A program made the position numbers and the translations under genes. Shown here in pieces: positions 1-14,650 of a stretch of DNA of 64,000 nt. The DNA is from Rhina ancylostomus (taxonomy: Eukaryota). Each line of letters opens with the position of its first letter. The stretch's first letter is position 1. A model generated the notes under the pieces. The model was not told the origin of the DNA, did not search any database, and was given only the letters and a program-made list of their open reading frames with translations. The DNA lies in assembly GCA_030265395.1 (NCBI GenBank), contig JARFYF010000104.1, positions 86,286,833 to 86,350,832 on the forward strand. The letters run 5' to 3'.

Positions 1-3000
1 TGAGATGGTCTCCTTGGTTTACACCAAATCCTTCTGAAAGGGGAGGGGCAGGAGAACAGTTGTGAAAGGCTTTGGAGGCCTGCTGTGCCATTGTGGCTGG
101 CAGCTTCTGTAATGCTATTCAGTGCTTTTAAAGTTGAATTTTTTAAAAAGAAAGGTGCCTATGTGTTCAATTGACTGCCCTGTGAATGATTTCATAGTTT
201 TTTTTGGCCTGTTCAAATTTGAATAGTCCTTTTGCCACATGTATCACTGGGATTCGGGGACGAACAGTTGACCCAACTCCTGTCATGTGTGCTGTTGTTA
301 TCAATGGGCATATTTTAATATTTTCCAAATGCTGGCAGTGCACCATGAAATGTTTCAGCCATTATTTGCAACACAACAAATGTAAAATCCTGTTGTTTGT
401 TTTTCTCTATACAAATTGAATGTTTGATCCAAAGGAGTTTACTATTATCAGGCGATATCTTTTAACGAAAATCAAACTAGATGTCCTTGATACACGTAAG
501 ACTGAAAAGAAGTAATAGTTTCTCTGCTTCTGTTGGGAGTAGTTCTTCCTCATTTTGTGCAAAGTCTGCCAGAATTACTACATGGTTTGTGCAGCTTCTG
601 CAAGATGTTTGAAAGGCTGGGAATTGGGGAGTAGCAGTTTACACCAGCCTGTGAGGTGACTTGCTCTTGATGGGTCGTTGGGAGGAAGCCAATCCTCAGC
701 AGAATCCTACTCTCTGGGTTTACAAGCTGTCAGTGCTATTGACTGTTGTGTCTTGTGACATTTTGCCAAAGCTCTGTCATAAAATCTCGCAATCCATAAA
801 GGAAAGTGTCAATGGGAAATGTCAATCCTCTACCAAGGTTGCAATCTGGCTCTGACATCAAAGTTGATGTGTACCGACCTTGCCAGTAACAATTCAAAAA
901 TACAGTGAATCCTTTTTGGAAAAATGTATTTGTTATTAAAGAATGTTTTTTGATCGAGATTTTTAATCAGAGAGAGACAGAGCAGCCAATGCGTTTGCTG
1001 AAAGTTGAGTTACAATGGAGAATATTATCAGCCAGGTTGGCTCCAGCAAGTTTTTTTAATTGAGCTGAATCTCATCCGTGACCCAGTTGATGCTCAACCC
1101 TCCTTGTGTTTAGAACCTCAGGTGGTAACTGGCGTCACACCCACTTGAAGTTATAGTTTGTCAGTGATCACATTAAGGGACGATGCTGTCAGATCCCCTG
1201 TTCCTAGCAATGAGTTTGTTTTAGCTTGATCACTGTTGCCAATTATGAATCAATGAAACTTGGCGTGTTGTAAATACCATCTAAGTTCGGGTCCACCCGG
1301 GTATAAAATTAAGGCTGGACCCAACCAAGGCTGCTCTAAATCCCCACTGAACCCAAGGGCCTAAATTTTTTTCCATACACAGATGACAATAATTTACTTA
1401 GTTGTGTTTTGCTAATACAGAAATTATATCTTTTCAGTGTGTACCCTTTCTTAGGTAATCATGTTGGGATTAAGAATGACTTGCGTTCATTTTGGTTTTG
1501 TGGTTCTGAAACAGCCAATGAGACCAATGTGGGGCCTGCAGACTGTTCCACAGATGGGGCAGGATATCCCTGATGCGGCAGGCAGGTAGTTGGTGAGGTG
1601 ATGCACTCCTGCCACTTATGCTGGGGTTCCTGAACCAACACCATTCCAAATTGACCATCTTTGAACAATCAATGGTCAGGGATTCCCAAGAGCCAGTGGG
1701 GATGTTGCATGTTTTTCAAAGAGGCTTTGGGCACTTTAACTTTGTCGTTTGTGGTTGAAAGTATGTTTCAGTATCACACCAAAGAGGTCATATGTAATGT
1801 ATAATGTTAGTCATCATCAGCCATGGGAGTCATCACAACTGAGATTGACTTAGTAAATACTTCCACTGCAAATCACTGAATGACCCAGTGACACAGAGGT
1901 CAACTGCAATGACCCATCAGCAGCCTAACAGCAATTGCAGAAGTGACCAAGAATTGAATCTATGAATTTCCTGGTTGACACTGAAACACATTTATTCGTT
2001 GAGTCACTGTGGGATTAAAAAGGAGCTTTTGCCTTGGTTGCTTTGGAGAAAAAAAATATTGTAGAAAGTTGTGGATCATTAACTTAAACTTGAGAATGTC
2101 ATAACATTGATGTTTTGGCACAACAGATGCAAATGTTTCCTAATAGAGACCTGTGCTCTTTTAAAAGGCTGAAATTGAGGTTAACCATGTTCTTTTAATA
2201 CAGGGTAAGAATTTTCAGCATTGAAAGAAGTATTTTCATGGGATGGAGTTATATTTTACCAACAACAGCTTTTTAGTTGTCTTACACTCTTCATTTACCC
2301 CTCCAGTAAAGGCCTACAGAAATTGTAGGATGAACTTCAAAACGTTGTGGCTGAATTGCAGATAAAACAGACAAAATTTTGAAAAATATTGACATTTTAT
2401 TAATAATAGCAGTTTGCAAACGTTGGTGGGCATATTCATTTCTGGGGGGTGGGGTGGGACAGCAATCAGCTTAAACTGCATGAACGTTTTGCACTTTTAA
2501 AGAAACAGTTTATACCCAGTTATCTTGTGACTCCTGTTGAGAATCAGTGCTCTCCTTCCTCAGCTGTCAGCCATCATTCTTCAGCAAGAGGCTGAAAAAC
2601 GAGCACACTCAATACTGACGGAGAAGTTACGTTGTTCCTTCTCCTACCTTGGGCAGTGAGAGGGGCATTATTTTGAACTACTACAGGATAATGTTAATTG
2701 AATAAACTGCCAATTCACTAATGTAGCACAAATTGCAAAATAGAGCAGCTAAAAATATTCCAGATCCATTTCAAGCGTGGATGTATTTTAATTAGAAGCA
2801 CCCAAATTTGTGCCTACATCTTTCACCTGCTCTGGATGTGAATAACAAACCGTGTAAGAAAATTGCTATTAAATGCATCAGCAATAAATAACTGCATATT
2901 CTGCCAATAGTAGAGACGCCGTTCCTTACTGCTGACAAAAAAACAGTGGCAGCATCCTGTACAGAGTTGGAGAAAGCTCTATGTAAATAATAAAATTGTT

Positions 3001-6000
3001 TCTCAAGCTATATACAGACTCTGTAACATCTGTATAAGAGGCACTGGAATTTGAACATAGAATACACTCTGTTACCCTTGCAATGATCATTAATTTTCTT
3101 TAACATGTTGCAAGTAACATATTTGTTCACTATATTTATATTGCCATGTTATTGGTTGGCAGGCCAATTGTTTCACCATTAGTCTCACTCGTGGGATCTT
3201 GTTTGAAATCCAAGTCTGCCCTGTCTGTCAGATGTATGGCCTCTATTGAAATGAGTTTTACCTGGCTGAAGCAAATTCTTAGTGGAAATGCTATCACAAA
3301 TGGAAATTTGCTCCTAAACAACCATTAATCAGCGATTTCACTCAGAGACTTTCAGTGTATTTGTGCTAAGGTTGTGTAAGAGTGACACTGGTCGAGCACA
3401 GGGACCTTTGTTGTCTGTTAGGCTTTGGCATATCTCATCAATGAGTTCTTGATGCTGATATTGTGTNNNNNNNNNNNNNNNNNNNNNNNNNNNNNNNNNN
3501 NNNNNNNNNNNNNNNNNNNNNNNNNNNNNNNNNNNNNNNNNNNNNNNNNNNNNNNNNNNNNNNNNNTGTGATTAACATCCCACTCCTCAGCATAACATTC
3601 TTCACCTTGAAGTGCTCAAAATCACCTCAATGAACACTTTACAAGGAATGATAAGCACCTTCAAAGAATTTGGAATATCATAACTTGTTTATTTGTTTTA
3701 AGTGGCAAGAAAGGCTTAATCATCTGAGGATTAGAGTAATTACCAGCCTCAGGCTAGCTTTAAATTAGCACCTACAAGTTGAATAAGAATAACCATATTA
3801 TCTTGATGGAAACCTAACGGAGTATTTACTCAATCTCTTGTCAGAGTATTTACTTTTCAATGGCAATTTACATACTTGGACATTGTCTTTATTGGGTTTC
3901 GTTTGTTATAATCAGCAACTGAATTAGTAGTATTTCATAATTTTACTTATCCGTCCTTTCTAATGATATGTGTTTCATAGACATTTACAAAGCTTAAAAT
4001 AGCACGTAGTCATGCAGATACTTTGAAAAAGTGCAGAATTTGGCTTTGCTCCTGTATGCTCTTTAAAAATAACAGACTCTGTCTACCCCACCAAGGTCAG
4101 TTTGGAAAGTAGCTCACTAAAAGGTTGAATTGGTCACATGGGAATATGAGTCTCCAACTACAGAGTGACTCAGAGTTTAGCTAATGTGGAGCCTGGAGCA
4201 GAATGTTGCCCCTTGTGTTAAAATGCCTTTTTCCAAGAATACGAAGAAACCTTTTGTTCTAGTTTGAGGGAGCAGCTGAGCATTGATTGACTTCCATGCG
4301 CCCTGCAGACCCCTGAATGAAATAACAAGACCTTCGCTTTTCCTGTTCCTTTTGCTTAATGTACTTGTTGGATATGATTGTTTTTTGTCAGTCAAAATGA
4401 ATAGGACAGTTAATAAGCCAAGACCGTTGAGGTATTTCCTCTTGAGGAGATGCAAGAATGATACATGCTAATTGATTTTCATTTTAATTTAACACATGAT
4501 GCATTCAATATAGGTTTAGTTATGCTGGAAGTTAATTTTACACTGTATGGCTTCTCTTAACAGAAGATCTGTGATAGGCGTGGTATTGCTGGGTCACAGA
4601 CTGAAACAGATGCTCATTACTGTGCTGTGTCCATGCTCTCTAACTCAACCAATTGTAGCTGTATCTATTTTGCACTTTCTGATAGTTCGTACTCCCTCCT
4701 GAACAGAAATACTCAGAAGGTAATAATGGGGGACATGGAGCAGAACTGCTGGGTCCCAGAATGCTTTGCTGTGTGGCAGTAGGTCATCTTTCATTCCCAC
4801 TCATCTGATCTTTCTCTCTCATCTATATGTACGATGCATCTGCCAAGTCAAAAGCTGATACACTCTGGTTTTACACAAATCAATCCCTTTACAATTTAAC
4901 AGGCACAAAGTTAAATCAGAAGAAAGAATGGTCCTAACATTGGCTGATTGGCAGCAGAGGGCACAGTCTGAATGTAATCATTCACTGAATATAATCCTAT
5001 TCACTGAACAGAGTGATTTCTCCGGCTGGCTTTCTTGAGGCCTATACTTGACTAAAGTGATAGGTTAATGGCTGCATCTGGAGGGCATAGTTGTGTCTTA
5101 GTCACTTACAAGGGAAGGATTCTGTTACAAGAGGATAAGCAGCAGTGGATGAAGACAGGCGAGCTGCTGTGTGCTGAGCTTGGGACTGAGCCATCCTGCC
5201 TGTGTGCACCAAACCAATCCCACAATCATCACTAATTTATTAGCTTCATGATGTTTCATGAATACCCTTGGTATATAGGGTCATGAGATAAATAATGAGG
5301 AATTCTACAGAGATGAATTCCTGGGAGTCATAGGGCACTGATAAGGCAGCCACAGATGTGAGTCTTTTGTTCTCTGACAGTTTTCAGGTCAGGATCCTCA
5401 GCCCTGAAGCAGTTTTCCCTGTCACTCCTTTGTCATGTTGCATGGCACTTTGCTAATGCACTTAATGAGCACCATTTTGGAGGTGCTGACTTGGTCAGAA
5501 AAGTATGATAAAGCTCAATCTACTTGCGTTTAATTTAAGAGATCCGTTATCACCTCCATCAGCCAATGCAGGCTGCTTTTAAAAATGTTATTTTTTTCTC
5601 CATGAGTCTTTTAAAAATGAAGGGCATAATACTGTTAACTGAAATTCAGTCAATTTAATCTAATTTTTAATGCAACTGGGAGGTATTGCACTCCTGAAAA
5701 GTGGAATCCAATAAATTCTGCACATTTTCATTCTTTTGGCCTTTTTCATTTATTGGGAACTGTGAAGCCATTTGAGTGAAGAAGATTGCAGTGTTTTATG
5801 GAAGAAGTGTAAATTGTATTTTCTTAAGGAAGAGGTGCAGGCTCTTGAAAGGTAAAATGCATTTTACTGGAGTGCTTTTTGACAGAGACAGAATTCTGTC
5901 CAATGATCTCTGCTGCCTGTATTGAGACACTGTTGAAATATTGGCACAAATAAAGCAAATTGTGGCTGATGTTCCTTTTGGTGCCTTTCTCTTGCATGAC

Positions 6001-7260
6001 AGCAGGGCCACGTTCGATTTAAGAGGCGAGCTAGTTTGAGTCACGCAAGCTTCATTTGCATTCATGTCATTTTTGGCTGATACTGTATTATCACTGGCTC
6101 TTTTTGCCATGATGATATGATTGCTGTTTGGTTCCTTGTTTCAGACTGCAAAGCCTCTTGACCTCATCCTTAAAGTCTGAACTTTTCATCAGGGGATAAA
6201 AAACAAATGTGAAGGAATTACTAAATTATTTTTTGTCGAGAGAGAGAAATAAACAAAAGCAATAACGTGGAGGGCTCTGGTTCATTATTAAAATCAGCCG
6301 CATCATCATTTGGAAGGATATGGGTGTACTGAGATGACTTGCATTTGCTTTATTGGACACACTCAGATTGAAATATCAAAACCCTTTCAATGGGATTGGT
6401 GCCCAGATGGTTTCTGAAGATAATTTCAGAAACTGGCCTTGTATAATATGGGTGAGCTTCCCTAATGAGCCAGAATAATATTGTAACCCCATGTCAGAGT
6501 TTTGTTTGGTGAAGGATGCTTGTACTATGTTGGTGCTGCAGATTGTTTGAACAGTTGGTGTGTTGAAGAAAGGGCCATTACAACATGGTGCCGCTCTGCT
6601 AGAGACTGGCTTGTTTTATGAGAGCGCTGGCACATAAACACATTCATTCACATTTGGAGAGGTTAATGCACGTGCTTAGCCTCAGTCAGATGCTGGCAGT
6701 AGCAGTTAAAGGGCAGTTATTGGTCTGAACACACAGTTGGGAAATGAGCTAAGGCACTTAACATTCTCTAATTAGTTTTCACACAATCCACACCGACCAA
6801 TCGTATTTGTACAAAATTTATTTCATTGAAAGCATGTGCAACATTGGGGGGAGGGATGGGGGTAAAGGGAAGGAAAACTAAACTTTGTGCATCGTGCACA
6901 AAGTAGAGCTTTGTAATCATATCTTAATTTGAGGCAATTGATTTACCCATTTTATTATTTGTGTATTTCATCATGTATCGGATGAATACTGGGATGCTTG
7001 GCATCTTTGCCAAGAGGATCATTGTGTTCAAAACATTTTACTTCCATGAAATGCCAAGAATGTACCCATAGATATTGAAGGGGGAAATTGCTGAGCCTTC
7101 TTTCTTGGCAGCTGTATTCAGTCCGATAGATTTACAGTGTACACTTTGCAGATCATATCACAGTTCTAAGGGTGAGTACGTTATTTTATCCATTTTGTCA
7201 GAAAGGTAAACATAGATAACCCCCTTTCCAACATACATTTTGAGTTGACATGGTAGTGTT

Positions 7261-7572
7261 GGGGCAGACACAGTAGTGTAGATGTTAGCTTAACGCTTTA
7301 CGGTGCCAGCGACCCGGGTTCAATTCCAGCCGCTGTCTGTAAGGAGTTTGTACGTTCTCCCCGTGTCTGCATGGGTTTCCTCTGGGTGCTCCGGTTTCCT
7401 CCGGGTGCTCCGGTTTCCTCCCACATTCCAAATACGTGCAGGTTAGGAAGCCGTGGGCGTGCTATGTTGGCGCCGGAAGTGTGGTGACACCTGTGGGCTG
7501 TCCCCAGAACACTCCACACAAAAGATGCATTTCACTGTGTGTCTTGATGTACATGTGACTAATAAAGATATT
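7261..7572 (+). mobile_element. tRNA-derived V-SINE (HE1-like) with Rex1/Babar-type 3' tail
   Basis: B-box gggttcaattcc; V-domain gttctccccgtgtctgcatgggtttcctc..gggtgctccggtttcctcccaca; internal 19-bp tandem duplication at 7384-7421; tail tttcactgt..gtacatgtgactaataaa. Confidence 0.9.
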
Positions 7573-10500
7573 AGCACACAGTGAAGTGCATCTGTTACAA
7601 TGGACCCAAGATAGAAAAGAATGGGAAGTGAGCCAGAAGACCAAGAGGGCACTCGGAGCTCTGTTTTATAGCAGCATTATTAAGAGGGACATGAAAATCC
7701 AACATTGATTGTGACAAGTGGGTAAATGTAGCTGATGACAGAGTAGAAAACAGCATTGACTGTGGGTAGGAATATGTCGTCACATTGTCACTGATTTCAG
7801 AAACTCCATAGGAGGCAGCAGCACTGTTAGCAAGGCCACAGGACTCAATCTCATCCTACATCATTGGCGAATAATATGTTGAGTTGTGCCACTTGTGGCA
7901 TATTTTCTTATTCATTCTTTCCAGAATCACTTATTCAGTCATCAACAGAAATGCAGTTCACGATATAGCCAAACTAATATTTGAATGTGGCATATCCAAC
8001 ATATCCAAATTACCATTTGTAATAAATTTTGTAACTTCATAGAATCACAAGAATTCCCAAGGTTCACTTTTAAATCAAGAAGGCCAGCTGAGTTGTAATT
8101 ATTGCTACAAAGAGGGTTATTGAATTAAGCAAATAAAAACTTAACTTTCAGTGTATTTGTATCTCGTCTCTTCTACGTGGCAGAAGTGTGATCAAGTATT
8201 TGTGGCTAATTTCCACTCTGCATCATCAAAGAACAGTTGGCATCCCTGGGAACTGCTTGTTTTCCTAATCTGTGGAACCACTATCAAGGGAGACATTTAG
8301 CTGGGTTAAGCTTTCAAAGCATCCTTCTGTGGTGTACAGTGTCACTTGTACGATGTTCAAAACCCACATCAGAGATATTTTGCACACACTCCGTGCTTTT
8401 TTTCCTTCTCGTAACTCCTTAGCTGGTTCCATTACAAAATTTAATCAGCTGATGGGTGTTTTTAAAAATGCCAAATCAGTACACTTTTTACAAGAGAAGC
8501 TGATTATAATCACTTCTTGATTTAAAAGTGAACCTTGGGAATTCTTGTGATTCTATGAAGTTACAAAATTTATTACAAATGGTAAATACATTTAAAAGAA
8601 TCCTTTTCCTCGATATTTTTACAGCGGGTGCGGACCATCCCCATACATGGCCCAGTTATATTATTTGGATTTAAAATTAATGTGTTACAGTTGCAGTGCA
8701 AAGTGCCAAACAGTTCAGCAAGTTGGAAGAGATTTAACAAGTTTATCATAGATACAAAAAGCCCTGGGATAAATTCTATCTCGCATGCTGATACTTTGAT
8801 TTCCTTCTTGCCAGTTTGTAAATGTATTTGTACAGTTTATATGCTATGCAGTTTTAAAGCAAAGACCTGTAGAGTTCAATTGACAAGTATTGATGGAAGC
8901 TTTTACCCAGTTTGCTGGAGGCAGAAACCAAAGGAACTTTTAATAGGCCATGGAAGTGCTCTTTAAAATTCTAATCATATCTGTAATTTCCATCTCACTA
9001 TCTGCTCTGTGTTGTACTAAACCCCTGCTCATTGACATGAACCTGCTTTTACAGCAGAAATAATTGATTAGTTAGAACCCTCTGATGTGGAGCCATCAAC
9101 TGACACCTGTGCAAAATGAATAAAAAGTGATGGGAGCAAGATGTGGTATTTTGTCCCTTAGCCTCTGAACAAAAGTCGGTGAAATTAGAGAAAACTATCT
9201 CCATCTGCACACCGTATTGTGGAGAACATTGTGAAGGCCAAATTACGTTTTGCTCATGGGAACTTGAGAGGCATAATTATCTCAGCAAATTCCTTCTGGT
9301 AATCTGACATTTATCAGAGAGCAGGGTGATATACAGCTGTGCTGTGTGGAGGTGAGTCTTTAGAGGACAGCAGGCAGAGAATGGCTTTGATTATTTTGGG
9401 CTGTGTGGTTAAGTCCCCAAACAGGTGCAGCCTGATTTTAAATCCTGACAAGATGTTATAGGAAGGGGCTGTGGCCTTAGAGACCCAAAGCACCTACTGA
9501 GAAAGATGGCACAATAATATGTTTGGAAAACAGGTGTTAGTTGGCGTTCAGGTTTTTTTTAACTCGACTGTCTGAATACTTAAGGAGAGTGCAGTAAGAA
9601 GACAGATTGTTGTATTATTGTCTCAACTATTGTGTGGAATTTTGATTTCAAATTTACAGCATTGGTGGTGGACTTTATTTCATCAGTGTTGACTAAATGT
9701 TCATAAACTGCAGTGTGCTGTAATACAAATTCCCCATTGATCACAGCAAGCCTGTGGGAGAGTTGCAGCCGGTATGTCAGTAGCCCAGTGGAATGCGATC
9801 CGGTAGCAGGCATGAGTTGGCTCTGCCTGAGGCATGCAGCAGCATCTTTCATCAGATGCAGTGGTGATGTCCCAGCTGCCCGAGAGGTCATTATTCACAC
9901 ACCGAGCATTTATGGAAGAAGCCATGGATTAGAAGAATGGGAGCAGTGAAACAAAAGGAAAACTAAACTAGGGAGTGATTGATATGGAAAAGTAGCAGAG
10001 GATTCCACACGTAGCAGCAGATGCGCCTTGCTGTGATTGGTTAGTGGCATTTGTCATGGCGATCTGTTCCATTCATCTGTTGGTTGAATGGGGCCAGCTT
10101 TCAGTGCCACCCTGGAACAATTCAGGAGGTAAGCAGGTCAGATCCAATTAACCAGAGAGTTATCAAGTCAGAAAAATCTATAGGTCTTCATTAGATTTTA
10201 TGAATACTATTACATTATCAATTTTATGAAATATAAGCTTGGTCCTACTCAATTATTTTAGGGTGTCATTTTATTGCTTCAATTATTCATATCCTATGTT
10301 ATTTATTTCTAAAGTGCAGACTCGTCAAGGTCAGCATGTCATATGACATCACTCTGGCTCTGAACGTGCATATGGTGGCCCAACAATGTGCTAAATATGT
10401 CTGGGTGCAGTTTTGGTTCCATGAATAATTACCTCCTAATTTTGGCCATGATGTCAGGAGAAGAGAATAAATCAATTGACATGTCACTCATTTTCCTTCT

Positions 10501-10689
10501 AGGACTTGGATCAATAAGAACTTAAATAAAGGTCAAAGAAAGTCTTCAACTCATGGGCTCCCTCACCCTCCCCCCACCTCCACGAATTGTGGAGAGATAT
10601 CTGGGGAAGGAAATTTATGGATGGATTGTTTGTAACTTAGCATCATATTTGAACACAAGATGAGCTATGGAATGTAGATCTTCCATATG

Positions 10690-11190
10690 ATCACCTACCT
10701 TCATTCCTCCATCTGTTATTGAAACCTTCATCCCTTCCTTGCTCTAGATGTGGCCATCCCAAACTGCTGCCATGTCCCTAACTCATGACGAGACCCATTT
10801 GACCACCTCTTTTCTGCTGCTTAACATAGATTCTTGGAGATACAGTGTATTGCTTTGAATTCTCCTCTTTGTTTCCAGTTCCCTCCATGTCCTTAATTTT
10901 CCCAATCTCTATATAATCTCCTCCCAACCTACCATCTGCTAGGTTGTGTACACTCTTCTCTTGATCTTCCCCAAACTTAATTGCTCCATTCTAGGGGGTC
11001 TTGCCTCAAGCCTTTTCCGAAACCTTCCTATATCTCTACATTTTATGTCTTTTTAAGAGATTCCTTAAAATCTACCTATTTGATCAGACTTTTGGTCTTT
11101 TTTTTCCTGTCTCCATGTGGTTGGTTTCAAATTTTGTTTGAAATGTGTTCAGTGAAGTACCTTGGCATGCTTTTATACCATAAATATCAT
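10690..11190 (+). mobile_element. Old L2-like LINE 3' remnant
   Basis: Degenerate traces of the L2 ORF2 C-terminus (ETFIPS.., PNCCHVPNS.., SLHVL..PNL.NLL-type motifs) and an L2-type tail gtgaagtaccttggcatgctttta. Confidence 0.5.
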
Positions 11191-11974
11191 ACATGCTAAA
11201 AAAAAAGTTAGCTAAGGTTCTGAAATTAGGATAGGAATGGGTACATTATTTAAATATGTACAGGCACTGCTACTACAAAAATAGAGTAGAACAGATAATT
11301 GTGCTAAATCAGAAATCATACAATTCTGGATGGTGAAATTGTGTGATGCCCATATTTTTCACTTAGAAATGTTTCATAGGATACTTTAGCTTGACTCTTG
11401 TGTAATATTTGAAATAATGACACTGTTGATATATTCTACTTCATAATTATTTCTCATAAAGACACCTTGCTCAACGTGAACTTTAATGAAGGGGAAATTC
11501 TTTCTGGGTTGGAGATGGTTATTTTGTTAGTGATCTTTTAGAATCTGAAAGTTAGCCACCTGTCCTATGGGAGCCTACAATGTGTTTACTAAAATCTAAA
11601 TCAATAGTAATTGTGGAAGAGTGAGGCCAATTGAAAATACACAAGATGCTGCATTAGCAGTTAGCAGGACCTTCCCTTACAATGGCTGTGGGCTTGCAAG
11701 TCCAAAGAATATACTGTTTTCCAAGAAAGAGCTGTTCAATGTTCACTGCATAACTTAAAAATTCTTTGCAGTAATAATGTAAAGAATATTCCTTTCTTAA
11801 ATTCTAAGGGGAATAAAGCTGGTCATAATCACAAGTACATGTATCCACATGTGCTGTGGATGACTGCCTCTACCACCTACTAGAATAATCTCAGCACTTG
11901 CCTATGAGATGGAGCGAAAGTGGTGATGGTCATGGGGGCATGGCCAACATAACATGATTACTCCTTAAATTCTG

Positions 11975-13191
11975 CGTCTTCAGATAACTGGGAAGAACTT
12001 GGTCATCGGGTGCATTTTGCTCTCAGTGCTGCTGTACCTGGTGCAGGTGTGGCCTGTTCCTCACTCCTCTGCCTCGGCAATCACCCGGGATGTCTTCCAG
12101 TTTATCTGGGGGTCCAAGACGGAGCGAATCTGATGGGTCATACTGCTCAAGTCCCCTGAGAATGGGGGCAAAAGTGTACCCAATTTGTGGCTGTATCAGG
12201 CAGTGTGTGGACCCAAAGTACGTGGGCACCAAGTGTCACTTTGTGCTGAGGTTCTACCTGTCCCCGGTGTTGTGGGAGATAGGCCTGGCCCCTCTACTAC
12301 GCAATGCCCCAGTCTGCTGGACATTGCCACACTACCTGTCCTTTGTGGAAGAGTACTTCCAAGCAAACACCTTTGTCCACAAGTCCATCAGAGAGTGGTC
12401 AGTGTGGAATGTACTTACAGACACTGTGGGACAGGATTCTATGGGGTTGTTCCTGGAGCAAATGGTCCAAACCATATGGCAGAATGCCTCATCGCCAGAT
12501 CTGACCAACAAGCACCAAGTTTGGCTGGCATTGAGAGGTGCTCTCCCAGTCAGAGCTTTCCTGTACAGAAGATGTATCACCCCCAGTGTACTCTGCCCTT
12601 GAGACAGCTGCAGTGGGGAAGAAATGGTCACCCACCTCTTTGCAGACAGTGGATTTGCTAAGAGGGTGTGGAAGGATGCAAGGGTCTGTGTCCTGGTTCA
12701 TCCCCACCGTCTGTGTGATAGAGGACTCTCTGATCTACAGGCTGTTCCCGGGGATACACACCTAAAGTGTCATCAACTTGGTGAAGGACGCCCTTTGGTC
12801 TGCCAGAAACTTCTTGGTCTTCCAGCACAGCAAGATTCCCGTAAGGGAACGCTGCCGACTGGCACAGTCCAGGCTGCCAGAGTACATGCTGAGGGGTGCA
12901 CTGAAGCTCAGTGTAGCCAATGCTAAGGCTCTGTGGGGAAGGACCAGAGTATAGGCCCCTTCCACTACCGCACATGAAGGTGCAGAGTTGGGTGGGGAAG
13001 CCCCTCGAACAATGAATTGGGTATCACCTCAGGAAGTCACATGTGGCAATGGTGCTGTGTTTGTTTGTTGTTTTTTTTCTCTTTTAAGTTTACACTACTC
13101 AATGTAACAACCATGAATGGTAAGGTTTTGTTTTTGTTCTGTTTCTTCCTTTGTGTATTTTTAAAATTCTGAATAAAGTTTATTTTTGAAA
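11975..13191 (+). mobile_element. Tx1-clade (L1-like) LINE, 5'-truncated and degenerate
   Basis: Interrupted ORF2 C-terminus: ITGKNLVI..VLLYLVQVWPVP..FQFIWGSK..CHFVLRFYLSP..WQNASSPDLTNKHQVWLALRGALPVRAFLY..CP*DSCSGEEMVTHLFADSGFAKRVW (zf-RVT/CCHC region). Followed by a T-rich 3' UTR and AATAAA at 13172. Confidence 0.88.
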
Positions 13192-14414
13192 CTCGAAGCA
13201 AGAACAAAATGGTGAATTAAAGCTGGTATGTAACGTCCAGGAACATTGGCACTTTAAACAAAGCACACATTCAAAAAAGGTTTTATTCTGTGAAACATTA
13301 TTTGTCACTGCATTACATTCGTTTGATGGATAAGATTGCTGCCTTAAATTGAGGGTGGCATTTTAATATGTTAATAGAATCAGGGTTGTTAAAGTGCACC
13401 TCATGTCTCCTTTCAGAACTCTTCTGCTCCTTTCTTTGAAGCTGACACTCCACTGCACCTCATGGTTTACTGACAGCATCCCATTATCCCAGCTACTACA
13501 GATGATCCTCCTGATTTTCATTCACTGACTGACTGCCTTCAGTTTATGCATGAGTATATTCTCCAAAAGGAACAGGAAATTCAGCTTATTGACCTCTCAG
13601 AATTGATTTTCAAGAACAATTACTGTCCCCATCTGATTTGAGTTAAATACTTGCCAGGTTTTGTGGATTTCAAATTTACATGCATCAGTTTTGAATGATC
13701 TCAACCTAACTCTTGAGTAGCTGAGCTCAGAAAGAAGTGGGTCATTAACTGAAACAAAAAAATGAAGTATTCAGAAAACAAATAAGATGGCTGGTGTGGG
13801 GAATGAAAGCTATCATGTTAGTGCACTAGGAATGTTCTTCCGGGGTTGGGGGAAAATGCAGATCCCAAAATGGAAAATATCCCTAATGTACATGACGAAA
13901 ATTTGAAATCAAATCATAAAGGAGTGTTTTAGAGAATGCACAACGCTTGAAGGGTTGCCTAAGATTAGTGCTCAATAAGCTTGTTAATCTGTGGCTGCAC
14001 ATGCCAGGCATTTTGGCCCTGGGTTCACTGCTGGAAAATTCAGTAATGCTGAAGGCATCAGGTGCTATGGAATCAGCTTTATACAAGGACATAGGAAGGT
14101 ATGCTGAAGCAATTCACAGCTAGGCTAAACTGCTTTGCTTATTATGTTAATTTACTGTCTCATCTGAATGCCAGCACCTCTGAAATTGCACCACTCCCTT
14201 AACATTTATGGTGATAGACTGATAATTAAATCAAACTCATTTTCTTCTGAATCAGTTACTGATTTCAAAGTACTAAAACAGATTGGCTGCTTTTATAATA
14301 CGTATGAAAGGCGTTTTATGGAAAAGCTTCATTCAATTTTGGGGTTTATTTTCGTGCTGATGCCTGGCCCACTCTATGTCACTGATACATAATGAGATAG
14401 ATACTGTAAAGTGA

Positions 14415-14650
14415 AAGAAAGACTAGCTTTCAGATGAGCAGCTTATCACATCCCTCAAGGGTAACTTGAAGTATTTCACTTGCTATGAATGACTTTGAAA
14501 TGCAGTGACTGTTGTTATTAGACAAACAACAACCATTTGATGCACAAAGATCCATGCAATATGCAACAATATACAAAAATATACAACAATAGTTTGAACG
14601 AGCTGCAAAACTGCTTTTGGTGGTATTTTTGTGATGTTTAGGTTTGAGAA
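14415..14650 (-). mobile_element. Degenerate DeuSINE (SacSINE1-like) 3' portion
   Basis: aagaaagact..gaagtatttcac..tatgaatgactttgaaatgcagtgactgttgt..tgcacaaagatcc resembles the reverse complement of the shark DeuSINE 3' half. Confidence 0.5.

Noticed and set aside
7261-7335. tRNA gene
   Set aside because: The A/B boxes belong to a SINE head followed by the V-domain; no intact cloverleaf or terminator.
12090-12926. 170-aa, 158-aa and 100-aa ORFs as a possible host gene
   Set aside because: They are broken Tx1 LINE ORF2 pieces and their alternative frames.
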